Shown here piece after piece: positions 29,236 through 38,509 of a stretch of 64,000 bases of DNA. The position numbers and the translations under genes were made by a program. The stretch spans positions 65,067 to 129,066 of the forward strand of contig CAWBAV010000013.1 in NCBI GenBank assembly GCA_963786865.1. Direction: 5' to 3'. Position 1 is the stretch's first letter. Each line of letters starts with the position of its first letter. This DNA comes from an uncultured delta proteobacterium. Lineage in GTDB: Bacteria; Myxococcota_A; Polyangia; Polyangiales; Houyiibacteriaceae. The notes beneath the pieces were generated by a model. It saw only the letters and a list, made by a program, of their open reading frames with translations. It searched no databases and had not been told where the DNA came from.

Positions 29236-30425
29236 GGTGCGAGCAGGTAGCGCTCGGCGCTCGCGTGGGAGCCGTCGTACTCGTCGAGCCGCTGCACCGC
29301 GCGGTAGTGGGTGAGCGCCTCGTCGCGCCGGCCGAGGAGATCGAGGATCTGTCCCGCCTTCAGGTGAGCTAGAACGAGATCGCGCCCCGAAGCGCCGGGA
29401 TCGCCGACGGTGTCCTGAAACTGGGCGAGAGCGACGTCGCGGTGGCCGAGGTCGAAGAACCGCGTCCCGAGCGCGTAGCGGAGCTGCGAAAGCGGGATCT
29501 TCTGATAGTTTTTCGTCCCGCTCTGGGCTCGCGCGACGACGTCGGCGAGCATCGCCGCGGATTCTTCTCGGTGTCCCATACGCTCGAGGATCTGGGCTCG
29601 ATTGAGGTGGAGCACGAAGTTCTCGGGGTAGCGTCGATGGAGCTGGGTTGCCACGTCGAGCGCGTAGTCGTACTGCTCTTCGCGCACGTAGAGCACCATG
29701 AGCAGGAGCCGGGCGTCCGTCGAGCTCAGCTCGCCGCGCTCCGCCGATCTCACCAGGTACTCGAAACCGCGACGCTCGCTGCCGCGGTAGCCCGCGATCG
29801 TCGCGAGCCACTTGATGTACCACGGGAGGTTCCCGACGATGTACTCGTAGGTGCCTACCGTCAGGTACGAGTCGTTGAAGTCGGGATGCTCGTCGAGGAT
29901 GCCGCGCTGGATCTCGTAGGCCTTCTTTCCGTGCCCGAGCGCCGCGCGGTAGTCGCGATCGATGGTGAACGCGAAGGCGCCGAGCGCGCCTTCCCGCGCC
30001 CCGAGGTAGTAGCGCGCTTCGGGCGAGCCCGGGTGTGTTTTCAGGTAGCCGTCCGCGAGTCGTTGGCTCCGGTCGAGTCCCTCGAAGAAGGCGCGGCGGT
30101 CCTCCTCGCGCATCGCTCGCTCCGCGGGACGGTTGAAATAACCCGGCGAGATGAAGCGCTCGAGGTCGAGCTCTTCGCGGTCGAAGAGCTCTCGGAGCCA
30201 GATGGAGACGGCGCGCGAGAGCGGGGGACCGGGATGCGAGGGAAACTCTTCCTCGAGCCGCTCGAAGTAGCGGATTGCCGCGTCGTGCTCCAGGCGGTAC
30301 AGATAGTCGGCGCCCGCGAAGCTGGCCTCGCGGTAGTCGTCGCTGCGGAGATTCTCCGCCTCCGAGAGCTGACCGAGCGACAGCGTTCCCAGAGCGGCAA
30401 GCGCGGCCATACCCCAGGGTTTCAT
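29217..30425 (-). CDS. Exported TPR-repeat protein
   Basis: Signal peptide followed by successive TPR-like helical repeats. Confidence 0.75.
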   Translation of the reverse strand: MKPWGMAALAALGTLSLGQLSEAENLRSDDYREASFAGADYLYRLEHDAAIRYFERLEEEFPSHPGPPLSRAVSIWLRELFDREELDLERFISPGYFNRPAERAMREEDRRAFFEGLDRSQRLADGYLKTHPGSPEARYYLGAREGALGAFAFTIDRDYRAALGHGKKAYEIQRGILDEHPDFNDSYLTVGTYEYIVGNLPWYIKWLATIAGYRGSERRGFEYLVRSAERGELSSTDARLLLMVLYVREEQYDYALDVATQLHRRYPENFVLHLNRAQILERMGHREESAAMLADVVARAQSGTKNYQKIPLSQLRYALGTRFFDLGHRDVALAQFQDTVGDPGASGRDLVLAHLKAGQILDLLGRRDEALTHYRAVQRLDEYDGSHASAERYLLAPYRDDE

Positions 30426-30468
30426 TACGGTGACTGGAGCGTAGCACGGATCGCGTGCCCGCCGCGTG

Positions 30469-31560
30469 CTATTTGCGTGAAAGTTTCGTGACTTCGTCGA
30501 GGAAGCGCTCGATGTCCGACATCGACCGGGCCCAGCTCGGGCGCGCCCGGAAAGACTCGAGAGCGGTGACGCTCATACGCGCGAGGAGAGCCCGGTCCGA
30601 GGCGAGCCTCTCGAGCTGATAGGCGACCGAGCGCGCGTCGCCGGGTTGGACGAGAAAGCCGGTGGACTCGTGGCCGACGACTTCGTCGGTCGCGCCCGCG
30701 TTGCTCGCGACGACAGGCAGGCCAAAGCCCATCGCCTCGAGGTAGACGATACCGAATCCCTCGTAGGTCGAAGGCACCGCCAGCACCTGGCTCTTCCGGA
30801 AGCGCTCGGCAAGCGCTTCGCCGTCGAGGACGCCGTGGAGCGCGACTCGGTCCTCGAGGTCGAGCCGGTCGAGCTCGCGGCGGATGCGGGCGACATAGCC
30901 TCGGTCCCGGTCGAGGCTGCCCGCCACGTCGAGGTGGAAACCGTCGGGCGCGAGGCTCGCCAGCGCCTCGAGCAGGGTGGCGAGTCCCTTTCGCTCGATC
31001 ACGTTGCCGACGAAGAGCACCCGCAGCGGGCCCGGCTCTCTCGCGCGGGCCTCGATCTCTTCGGCAGAGAGCTTCGCCTCGAGACGGTCCCCACCGGGTG
31101 TCGCGACGACGTTGAGCGTCTTTCTCTGAAGGAGCTCCTCCACCGTCTCTCGCGTCGTGTGGCTGTTGAAGACGAAGGCATCGACGGAAGTCAGATACGC
31201 CTTCTCGACGCGGCGGTAGAGATCGTTCTGCCATTCCGCCCGGGCCTCGCTCGAGCGCAGGTGATGCACGATCGAGACGATCGGGGCCCGCGCCCCGCTC
31301 GCAATCGCGCGATTCAGGCGAAACAGAGAGGGGTGGAGGAGCTCGTCCTCCAGCAAAACGTCGAACGAGGCGTCCGAGAGTCGGCGCACCAGACCAGGGC
31401 GGAGGTTGTCGAATAGCGCGTAAACGTAGCTCCGGTGAGGGAGCGAGACGACGTCGACGGGATGGTCTCTCTCGCGGAGGTGCTCGACGAGATTTCGGTC
31501 GTAGAGATTGCCCCCGGAGACCTCGTCGAGGTTTCCGTAGACGACCAGTCCAATCTTCAA
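30469..31560 (-). CDS. Glycosyltransferase family 4
   Basis: SGGNLYD, VGNVIERKG and PSTYEGFGIVYLEAMGFGLP (EX7E motif). Confidence 0.9.
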   Translation of the reverse strand: MKIGLVVYGNLDEVSGGNLYDRNLVEHLRERDHPVDVVSLPHRSYVYALFDNLRPGLVRRLSDASFDVLLEDELLHPSLFRLNRAIASGARAPIVSIVHHLRSSEARAEWQNDLYRRVEKAYLTSVDAFVFNSHTTRETVEELLQRKTLNVVATPGGDRLEAKLSAEEIEARAREPGPLRVLFVGNVIERKGLATLLEALASLAPDGFHLDVAGSLDRDRGYVARIRRELDRLDLEDRVALHGVLDGEALAERFRKSQVLAVPSTYEGFGIVYLEAMGFGLPVVASNAGATDEVVGHESTGFLVQPGDARSVAYQLERLASDRALLARMSVTALESFRARPSWARSMSDIERFLDEVTKLSRK

Positions 31561-31574
31561 GAGAGGTTTCTACG

Positions 31575-32129
31575 TCAAGCGATCGCCTCGTGCACCTTTC
31601 TCGAAAGTCCCTTCAAGCGGAATCCGAGGACGAGTAGCACGATGCCGAAGGCGATCGCGTAGGCGCCGATGAGCCAGGTAACGGCGAGCGCTCCGATTCC
31701 CGGCCGGGCGGCGAGCGCGACCCCGAATCCGATCGAGAGGAGTCCCGAGAGTCCGAGCGCCCACTCTCCTTCGATCTCTTTCCGCAGTCGAACCGCGGCG
31801 ACGATCTCGGAGATACCGGTAAGGATCGCCCAGGCGGCGACGAACATGAGCAGCATCACCGCGGTGACGCCGGGCCAGAAGAACGTGAGGACGCCCGTGC
31901 CGATGCCCGCGAGGCCCTCGAGAAGATAGACCCACCGATGTCCTCCACCGCTTCCCCGAAGCGCATTCACGATCGCCAGCACCCCGTCCGCGAAGACGAA
32001 AGCGCCAAAGAGTATGACGAGCGAGGAGAGCGTCAGCGCGGGCCAGAAGAAGGCGGCGAGTCCGAAGGCAACGGCGAGCGCGCCGCGGAGCGTGAAGGTC
32101 CACCAGTATTTCGCGAGCACTTGCAGCAT
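31575..32129 (-). CDS. hdeD: HdeD/DUF308 membrane protein
   Basis: WW.F.LRG.LAV.FG, repeated DUF308-like TM hairpins and AVRLRKEIEGEW. Confidence 0.85.
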   Translation of the reverse strand: MLQVLAKYWWTFTLRGALAVAFGLAAFFWPALTLSSLVILFGAFVFADGVLAIVNALRGSGGGHRWVYLLEGLAGIGTGVLTFFWPGVTAVMLLMFVAAWAILTGISEIVAAVRLRKEIEGEWALGLSGLLSIGFGVALAARPGIGALAVTWLIGAYAIAFGIVLLVLGFRLKGLSRKVHEAIA

Positions 32130-32198
32130 GGAATTACCTCTTGGTTCGGATGATGTCGAAAAGACGAACGACTGGTCTATATCGCGCTTTCCCCGGGA

Positions 32199-33854
32199 TT
32201 ACAAAGGGGTGAGCCGCTCGCCCGCGGCGAGGGCCGCGACGACGCGCTCGAAGGTCTCCGCGTCGCGCTTCTTCTCGTCGCCGTCGCGCTTCGCGAGCGA
32301 TCGCAAGGGAAGGGCCATGCGGGGGTTTCCTTGGAGGACGCTCTTTTTGCGAGCGAGAAAAGCCCAGTAGAGCCGGGTGAGCGGACAGCTCGACCTCGGG
32401 TCGAAGGCACACTCGCCGCAGTAGTCGCTCATGCGGTGGATATAGGCGGCGCCCGAGACGTAGGGCTTCGTCGTCATGAGCTCGCCCGTCGCGAAGGTGC
32501 CCATGGCGAGGACGTTCGGTTCCACCACCCAGTCGTACGCGTCGATGTACGCGACCCAGAACCAGTCGGTGAGCTCGCGCGGATCGATGTCGAGGAGCGT
32601 CGCCACGTTCGAGAGCACCATGAGGCGGGTGATGTGATGACTCCAGCCCTCCGACCAGACGTCCGAGACGACCTCGTCCAGACAGCGGAGGCCCGACGTC
32701 TGGCCCCAGAACGCGGGAGGCAACGCCACCCGTGCGTCGAGGACGTTCGGCCGCGCGCCGCCCTCGGCCGGGGGCGCGGGTGGCGTCCAGTCCTTTGCCG
32801 CCCAGCGCGACCAGCCTCCATCGCCAGCGGAAGCCCTTGGCGGCTCCGCCTCGGCGAGGTCCCGAAAACCGTCCGTGGCCTCGTGAACGTGATGCACGAA
32901 CTCCCGCCAGCCGAGAACCTGGCGGACGAAGCCTTCCTTGGACGGAAGGGGGACGTCGAGCGCGAGGGCACCCTCGAGGATCTCGCTCGGGAGGAGCCGA
33001 TGGAGGTTGATGAGTGGTGCGATCCGCGTGTGGAAGAGCCCTTTCGAGGCGACGCTCATGGCGTCCTCGTACGGTCCAAAGTGAGGCAGGCAGGATCGTC
33101 TGGCCCACCGCCACCAGCGCTCGGCGTCGTCTCGCGTTGCGGGAAGGCTCTTTCGATCCACGGCCCCGGGGTGGTGCCCGAACCGCTGCTCGACGAGATC
33201 CGCGACCTCTCGGGTGATCGCGTCGGGCTCGAGCGTCGGCGGTGTCGGCGGCTCCGGCTCGCCGCGCCAGGGTTTGCGGTTCGACGCGTCGAAGCTCCAC
33301 TTGCCGCCGACGGGCTTGCCCCTGGACACGAGGACGCCTCGTTCGCGCCGAACCTGGCGGTAGAAAGCGTCCATGCGCCAGGGGGGTCCTTTCAGGCGGC
33401 GAAACTGCTCGCCCGTCGAGAGCCATCCCTCGTGGGGCTCTTCGGTGACGACGCCCTCCTCGACGAGGGGCTGGAGCTCGCGCCTCAGCTCGCGCTCGGC
33501 CGGACGCATCATGGACAGCGCGCCGAGCTCTTCCGCCGCCGCGCGGAGGGCATCGCCGTAGGGTCCCCTCGAGAAGAGGTAGCGGACGGCGACGCCGGCC
33601 CGGGCGAGCTCGAGCGCGAAGTGCCGCTGGTTCGAGAGCAAGAGCGCGAGCTTTTGCTGGTGATAGGGGCGTTGCTCCGCTTTCCACTGGCTCTCCACGA
33701 GCACGACCCCGAGCTCCTGCCGCGGGTCCCGAGACAGCGGGCCCATCTCCATCGAGAGCTGATCGTAGGGGACGTACCGCCACCGGCGGCCTTCAGGCGA
33801 CGGGTTCTCGGACGATAGAGTCCGCGCGAAGGCTGATGGGCTATTTGGAGACAC
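32199..33854 (-). CDS. FeS-type bacterial cryptochrome/(6-4) photolyase
   Basis: YDQL, HQQKL, WSHHITRLMV, YIDAYDWV and KPYVSGAAYIHRMSDYC; four Cys (LRCL, YCGEC, SCPL). Start is approximate. Confidence 0.9.
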   Translation of the reverse strand: MSPNSPSAFARTLSSENPSPEGRRWRYVPYDQLSMEMGPLSRDPRQELGVVLVESQWKAEQRPYHQQKLALLLSNQRHFALELARAGVAVRYLFSRGPYGDALRAAAEELGALSMMRPAERELRRELQPLVEEGVVTEEPHEGWLSTGEQFRRLKGPPWRMDAFYRQVRRERGVLVSRGKPVGGKWSFDASNRKPWRGEPEPPTPPTLEPDAITREVADLVEQRFGHHPGAVDRKSLPATRDDAERWWRWARRSCLPHFGPYEDAMSVASKGLFHTRIAPLINLHRLLPSEILEGALALDVPLPSKEGFVRQVLGWREFVHHVHEATDGFRDLAEAEPPRASAGDGGWSRWAAKDWTPPAPPAEGGARPNVLDARVALPPAFWGQTSGLRCLDEVVSDVWSEGWSHHITRLMVLSNVATLLDIDPRELTDWFWVAYIDAYDWVVEPNVLAMGTFATGELMTTKPYVSGAAYIHRMSDYCGECAFDPRSSCPLTRLYWAFLARKKSVLQGNPRMALPLRSLAKRDGDEKKRDAETFERVVAALAAGERLTPL

Positions 33855-33934
33855 CTACCAAATTTATAGACCGCCCTTCTGGCGGTGCGCTACATCCGGT
33901 GCCAATGATACTCGGGGAGCAAGATCTGCAGGAG

Positions 33935-34891
33935 ATGTTCTCAATGCTGACTGACGGATTGGAAAGAGTGGCGCGCGTCGGCATCTCTTCGCCATCTCTT
34001 ACGGGCGATTGGACCGGCGGAAGGGGCCTTGGTCTGTTCGACCGAGCGCGAGGCTCGATTGAAGCACGCCTCGAGTCCCTCGTGCCTCCCGAGACCGCTG
34101 AGCCCAAAGGTCTCCACCGAGCGATGCGCTTCAGCCTCTTCGCCCCCGGAAAACGACTTCGCCCGGTCCTGACGCTCGCCACCGCGTCGGCCTTCGGCGG
34201 CGCCGAGGAAGCGGCGCTCGACCCGGCCTGCGCCGTCGAGATGGTCCATACGGCGTCGCTCATCCTCGACGATCTTCCGTGCATGGATGACGCCACGCTG
34301 CGGCGCGGGCGTCCCGCCAACCACAGGCTTCACGGGGAGGCGACGGCGACTCTTGCTGCCGTCGCGCTCCTGAATCGCGCGTATGGCGTTCTCGCCGAAT
34401 CGAGCGAGCTGTCGCCCCGGGTTCGCACCGGGCTCGTCGCCCTCCTGTCGCGCGCCATCGGAAGCAACGGCGCCGTGGCGGGGCAGTGTCGCGATCTCGA
34501 CGGGAGCGAGGTGTGCGACGTCGAGACCCTCAGTCAGGTCGAAGGCCTCAAGACGTCCGCGCTCTTCATCGCGGCGGTGGAGAGCGGCGCCCTCGTCGCC
34601 GGACTCGCGGACGAAGAGCTCGAGCCGATTCGGCGCTTCGCCTGGGACCTGGGGCTCGCCTTCCAGCTTCGTGACGATTGGATCGACGCCGTCGGCCGGC
34701 GCGAGACCGCGGGAAAGGACGTGCGTCAGGATGCGGGCAAGATGACGCTCGTCTCGCTTCTCGGCGCGGAGCGCTCGAAAACCCTCTTCGAAGAGCTCCT
34801 CGACTCGGCGACGGCGGCGCTCGAGCCCCTCGGACCGAACGGTCGCGGTCTGGGCCGGGCCTGCCGCGAGCTCATGATGCACACCTCGTGA
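33935..34891 (+). CDS. crtE: Geranylgeranyl diphosphate synthase
   Basis: PGKRLRP, SLILDDLPCMDDATLRRG (first aspartate-rich motif), GQCRD, KTSAL and FQLRDD. Confidence 0.9.
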   Translation: MFSMLTDGLERVARVGISSPSLTGDWTGGRGLGLFDRARGSIEARLESLVPPETAEPKGLHRAMRFSLFAPGKRLRPVLTLATASAFGGAEEAALDPACAVEMVHTASLILDDLPCMDDATLRRGRPANHRLHGEATATLAAVALLNRAYGVLAESSELSPRVRTGLVALLSRAIGSNGAVAGQCRDLDGSEVCDVETLSQVEGLKTSALFIAAVESGALVAGLADEELEPIRRFAWDLGLAFQLRDDWIDAVGRRETAGKDVRQDAGKMTLVSLLGAERSKTLFEELLDSATAALEPLGPNGRGLGRACRELMMHTS

Positions 34892-34905
34892 TATCTACTC
34901 CCTCC

Positions 34906-35880
34906 ATGGAGAGGGGAAGCGGGCCGAGCGTCCCTGAATTCCTGGCGCCGCGAGAGATCCTTCAGGTCCGAGGGGCGTGCCGGCTCCTCGGCGCCCGCGC
35001 CGTGCTCGACGACGTGCACCTGAGCCTCCACGAGGGAGAAATCCTCGTTCTCCTCGGACCGAACGGCGCGGGCAAGACGAGCCTCGTCCGCGCGATCTCG
35101 GGGCGTCTCGCTCTCGAGGCCGGGAGCGTTCGGATCCTCGGGCGCGACCCGCGCGAACGCGAGGCCCGGAGGGCTTTCGGTCTCGTACCGCAGGAGATCG
35201 CCCTCTATCGCGAGCTCACGGCTCGCGAAAACCTGGAGGTCCTCGGCCGGCTCGCCGGCGTCCGCGGGGGGGAGCTTCGCGTTGCCGTCGAAGAGACGCT
35301 GGCCGTCATCGGGCTCGCCCCGCGCGCCCGAGACGTCGTCGGTACGCTCTCCGGTGGGATGCAGCGCCGGCTCAACATAGGCGCGGCGCTCCTCCACCGT
35401 CCGCGTCTGCTCCTTCTCGACGAGCCCACCGTGGGCGTCGACCCCGCTGCGCGCGAGGCCATCCACGCCATGCTCGTGGAGCTGCGCCGCCGAGGACTCG
35501 GCGTCCTGCTCGCGACCCACGATCTCGAGCAGGCGACCGAGCTCGCCGACCGCCTCGCCTTCCTCGTCGAGGGTCGGATACGTGCCGAGGGTACGCTCGA
35601 CGCGCTCGTCCGGGACGCGTTCTCCGGCGCCAAAGAGCTCAGAGTCGTCCTCGCGAGCGATCCGGAACGCTCGGGAGAAGCCTTTCTCGCGCGCGAGGGC
35701 CTCGCGCCGGTCTCGGGGAGTCGGGTCTTTACCGGCCCGCTCGAGGGAGACCTCGAAGACGTCTCGAAGCTCGCTCGCCGCGCCGAAGCCGCGGGGCTCG
35801 GGCTCGAAGAGGTTCGGGTTCGCGAGCCCGGCCTCCGAAGCGTTTTTTTTCAGCTCACCGGCATGGAGCTCCCGCGATGA
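34906..35880 (+). CDS. ABC exporter ATP-binding subunit
   Basis: GPNGAGKT, LSGGMQRR, LLLDEPTVGVDP and H-loop ATH. Confidence 0.9.
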   Translation: MERGSGPSVPEFLAPREILQVRGACRLLGARAVLDDVHLSLHEGEILVLLGPNGAGKTSLVRAISGRLALEAGSVRILGRDPREREARRAFGLVPQEIALYRELTARENLEVLGRLAGVRGGELRVAVEETLAVIGLAPRARDVVGTLSGGMQRRLNIGAALLHRPRLLLLDEPTVGVDPAAREAIHAMLVELRRRGLGVLLATHDLEQATELADRLAFLVEGRIRAEGTLDALVRDAFSGAKELRVVLASDPERSGEAFLAREGLAPVSGSRVFTGPLEGDLEDVSKLARRAEAAGLGLEEVRVREPGLRSVFFQLTGMELPR

Positions 35881-37121
35881 GCGGCGCCGTTTTCCGGGCG
35901 ATGCTGCTCGGTCTGCTGCGCGACCGCGCCGCGCTCCTCATGAGCTTCCTGCTTCCCGTCGTATTCTTTCTGATTTTCGCGTCGATCTTCTCCGGTGCCT
36001 CCGGCGAACAAATCCGCCTTGGGGTCGCCTTCGCCGACGAGGTGCATAGCGAGACCTCGGGCAGGCTCTTGCGGGCGCTACTGCGGGAGCCCGCGGTGCG
36101 GCCCGTGGCGGGAGCCGCGCTCACGGGAGACGAGGTACGCGCCCTCGTTCGGCGGGGCACGGCGGATGTGGGGCTCATCGTCCGCGCGGGCGGTGAGTCT
36201 CTCGAGTCCTTCGGCGGCTTCGGCCTCGCGCCCATCGTGATCGTGAGCGACCCGGCACGAGGGGTCGCCGTCCCGTTGCTTTCGGGGCTCGTCCAGAAGG
36301 CCTATTTCGGTGCGCTGCCGGATGTCGCCCTGAGGAGCGTGATGGATCTCATCGAGCAGGAGATGGTGACGCTCACCGAGGATCAGCGAGCCTCGCTGGA
36401 CGCGGGTCTCGCTGATCTCCGCGAGGAGTCCATCACCGCCGAGGGGACGGGAGTCGTCGTGGGGTGGAGCGCGCAGGACCTGTTCGAGCGCGAGAACGTG
36501 ACGGGCCAGTCGGCGGCGCTCAACCACGTCGCCTATTACGCCGGGGCCGTAGCGGTTTTGTTCTTGCTCTTCTCCTGCGTTCACGGAGCGCTCACGCTCC
36601 TCGAGGAAAAGGAGAGTGGGCTCATGGAGCGCGTTTTGAGCGGTCCCGCCGGAAGCTCGGTCCTCGTCGACGGGCGATTCCTGTTCCTGCTGGTGCAGGG
36701 CTTCGTTCAGATGAGCGTGCTCTTCGCCGTGGCCTGGGCGGTCTTCGGGGTCGACGTCCCGGGGCACCTTTTCCCCTGGGCTCTCGCCACGCTCGCGACC
36801 GCCGCGGCGGCCTCGGGACTGGCGCTCGCGATCGTGACGCCTTGCCGGACGAAACGCCAGGCGCAGACCTTCGCTAATATCGCGATCCTCGTGCTCTCGG
36901 CTCTCGGGGGCAGCATGGTGCCCCGTTTCTTCATGCCGCCCTTCCTGCAAAAGCTCGGCTGGGTAACGCCGAACACGTGGGCCCTCGAAGCTTATACCTC
37001 GATCTTCTGGCGCGATGAGCCGATCTCGTCGCTCGCCTGGCCTTGTCTCGCCCTCGTCGCCACCGCGGCCGTGGGGCTTTGGCTTTCGCGCCGCTGGGCA
37101 CGCCGCTGGGAATGTGTCTAA
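35877..37121 (+). CDS. ABC-2 type exporter permease
   Basis: One TM, a large extracytoplasmic loop, then 5 TMs; EEKESG, LGGSMVP.FFMP and TPNTWA; ATGA overlap with the ATPase. Confidence 0.9.
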   Translation: MSGAVFRAMLLGLLRDRAALLMSFLLPVVFFLIFASIFSGASGEQIRLGVAFADEVHSETSGRLLRALLREPAVRPVAGAALTGDEVRALVRRGTADVGLIVRAGGESLESFGGFGLAPIVIVSDPARGVAVPLLSGLVQKAYFGALPDVALRSVMDLIEQEMVTLTEDQRASLDAGLADLREESITAEGTGVVVGWSAQDLFERENVTGQSAALNHVAYYAGAVAVLFLLFSCVHGALTLLEEKESGLMERVLSGPAGSSVLVDGRFLFLLVQGFVQMSVLFAVAWAVFGVDVPGHLFPWALATLATAAAASGLALAIVTPCRTKRQAQTFANIAILVLSALGGSMVPRFFMPPFLQKLGWVTPNTWALEAYTSIFWRDEPISSLAWPCLALVATAAVGLWLSRRWARRWECV

Positions 37122-37130
37122 ACTGAAACG

Positions 37131-37622
37131 ATGCCGGGTTGGATGGTGAGCGCGCTCTGGTTCATCGGGGCGCTCGTCGCGATGGAAGGCGTGGCCTATG
37201 TCACGCACCGCTTTCTCATGCACGGGCCGCTGTGGTGCCTTCACGCGTCGCATCACCAGCCCCGAGAGAGCGCCTTCGAGAAGAACGACCTCTTCGGCCT
37301 GTTCTTCAGCGTTCCGTCGATCGTCCTGATCTACCTGGGGACGAACGGCTATCCGTCGCTCCTTTGGGTCGGGCTCGGCATGACGGCCTACGGCGCCGTC
37401 TACTTCGGCTTCCACGACGTCCTCGTCCACCGCCGCCTGCGCATTCCGTTTCGGGTCCGGGGTCGCTATCTGAAACGCATCGTTCAGGCCCACCTCATGC
37501 ACCACCGGACGACGACGCGCGAGGGTGCTGTCTCGTACGGATTCCTGTACGCCCCCCCGCTCGAGCGTCTCAAGTCCCGAGGTTCGGCTTGGTCCAGAGC
37601 CCCTCTCGAGGGCTCTCGGTAA
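37131..37622 (+). CDS. crtZ: Beta-carotene 3-hydroxylase
   Basis: ME..AY..HRFLMHG, HASHH, FEKNDLF, HD.LVHRR and QAHLMHH histidine boxes. Confidence 0.95.
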   Translation: MPGWMVSALWFIGALVAMEGVAYVTHRFLMHGPLWCLHASHHQPRESAFEKNDLFGLFFSVPSIVLIYLGTNGYPSLLWVGLGMTAYGAVYFGFHDVLVHRRLRIPFRVRGRYLKRIVQAHLMHHRTTTREGAVSYGFLYAPPLERLKSRGSAWSRAPLEGSR

Positions 37623-38509
37623 CCCGTCCGCGACTCGCGACTGCCCGTCCCGCGCCCACGAGCGTGAGCTGGATCTTGCGGCTTCGACTCACGATCGCGC
37701 GCGCGTCCCACGCTCGCGGTCCGCGTGCGCGGACGATCCGCCCGATGTCGCGATACACGGCGGCCGCGGTCGCGATGGCCCACGCGGAGCGAAGTGGCAG
37801 GTGCGTCACGCCGTCCTCTCCCGAACGGTAGTAGCGGTCGGCCTCGGTTAGGAGGCGGTCGACGACGGCGAACAGCGAAGAGCGAGCCCCGGGCTCGGCG
37901 AGGCTCTCTCTCGAGACCAGCTTCGGAGAGCCAGTCCCCGGGCAGGTAGACCCGTCCCATCTCGGCGTCCTCCACGACGTCGCGGGCAATGTTCGTGAGC
38001 TGAAGCGCGATGCCGAGGTCGGAGGCCCGGTTCAACGTTTCTCGGTCCCGGACGCCCATCACGTAAGCCATCATGACGCCGACGACCCCGGCGACGTGAT
38101 AGCAGTAGCGCAGCGTGTCCTCGAGAGTGGAGTACGTCACGCCCTCGACGTCCATGGCGAACCCCTCGAGGAGCTCGAGGGGGTGGCGCGGGGGGATCTC
38201 GTGCCGAGCGAGGACACGAGAAAGCGCGATGAAAATGGGCTCGTCGGTAGGCGAGCCCGCGATGGCGCTTCGCGTCTTCGTCTCGAGCTCGAAGAGGCGC
38301 TCCCGCTCCCCGATGTCGGAGGTGGTCTCGGCAGTGAAGCCGAGCTCCTGGCCGTCGATGACGTCGTCGCAGTAGCGGCACCAGGCGTAGAGAAGGTGGG
38401 CGCTCTCGCGCGTGTGCTCGTCAAACAGGAGCGACGCGAGCGCGAAGCTCTTCGAGCCCCGCTCGATGACGAGCCGACTCTCCCGGGCAATACGGTCGCG
38501 ATCAGGCAC
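37570..38509 (-). CDS. crtB: Phytoene synthase (one frameshift near 37,900)
   Basis: GSKSF, LYAWCRYCDDVID, YCYHVAGVVG and LQLTNIARDVVEDA..GRVYLP; the C-terminus continues in the 37570 frame. Confidence 0.9.
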
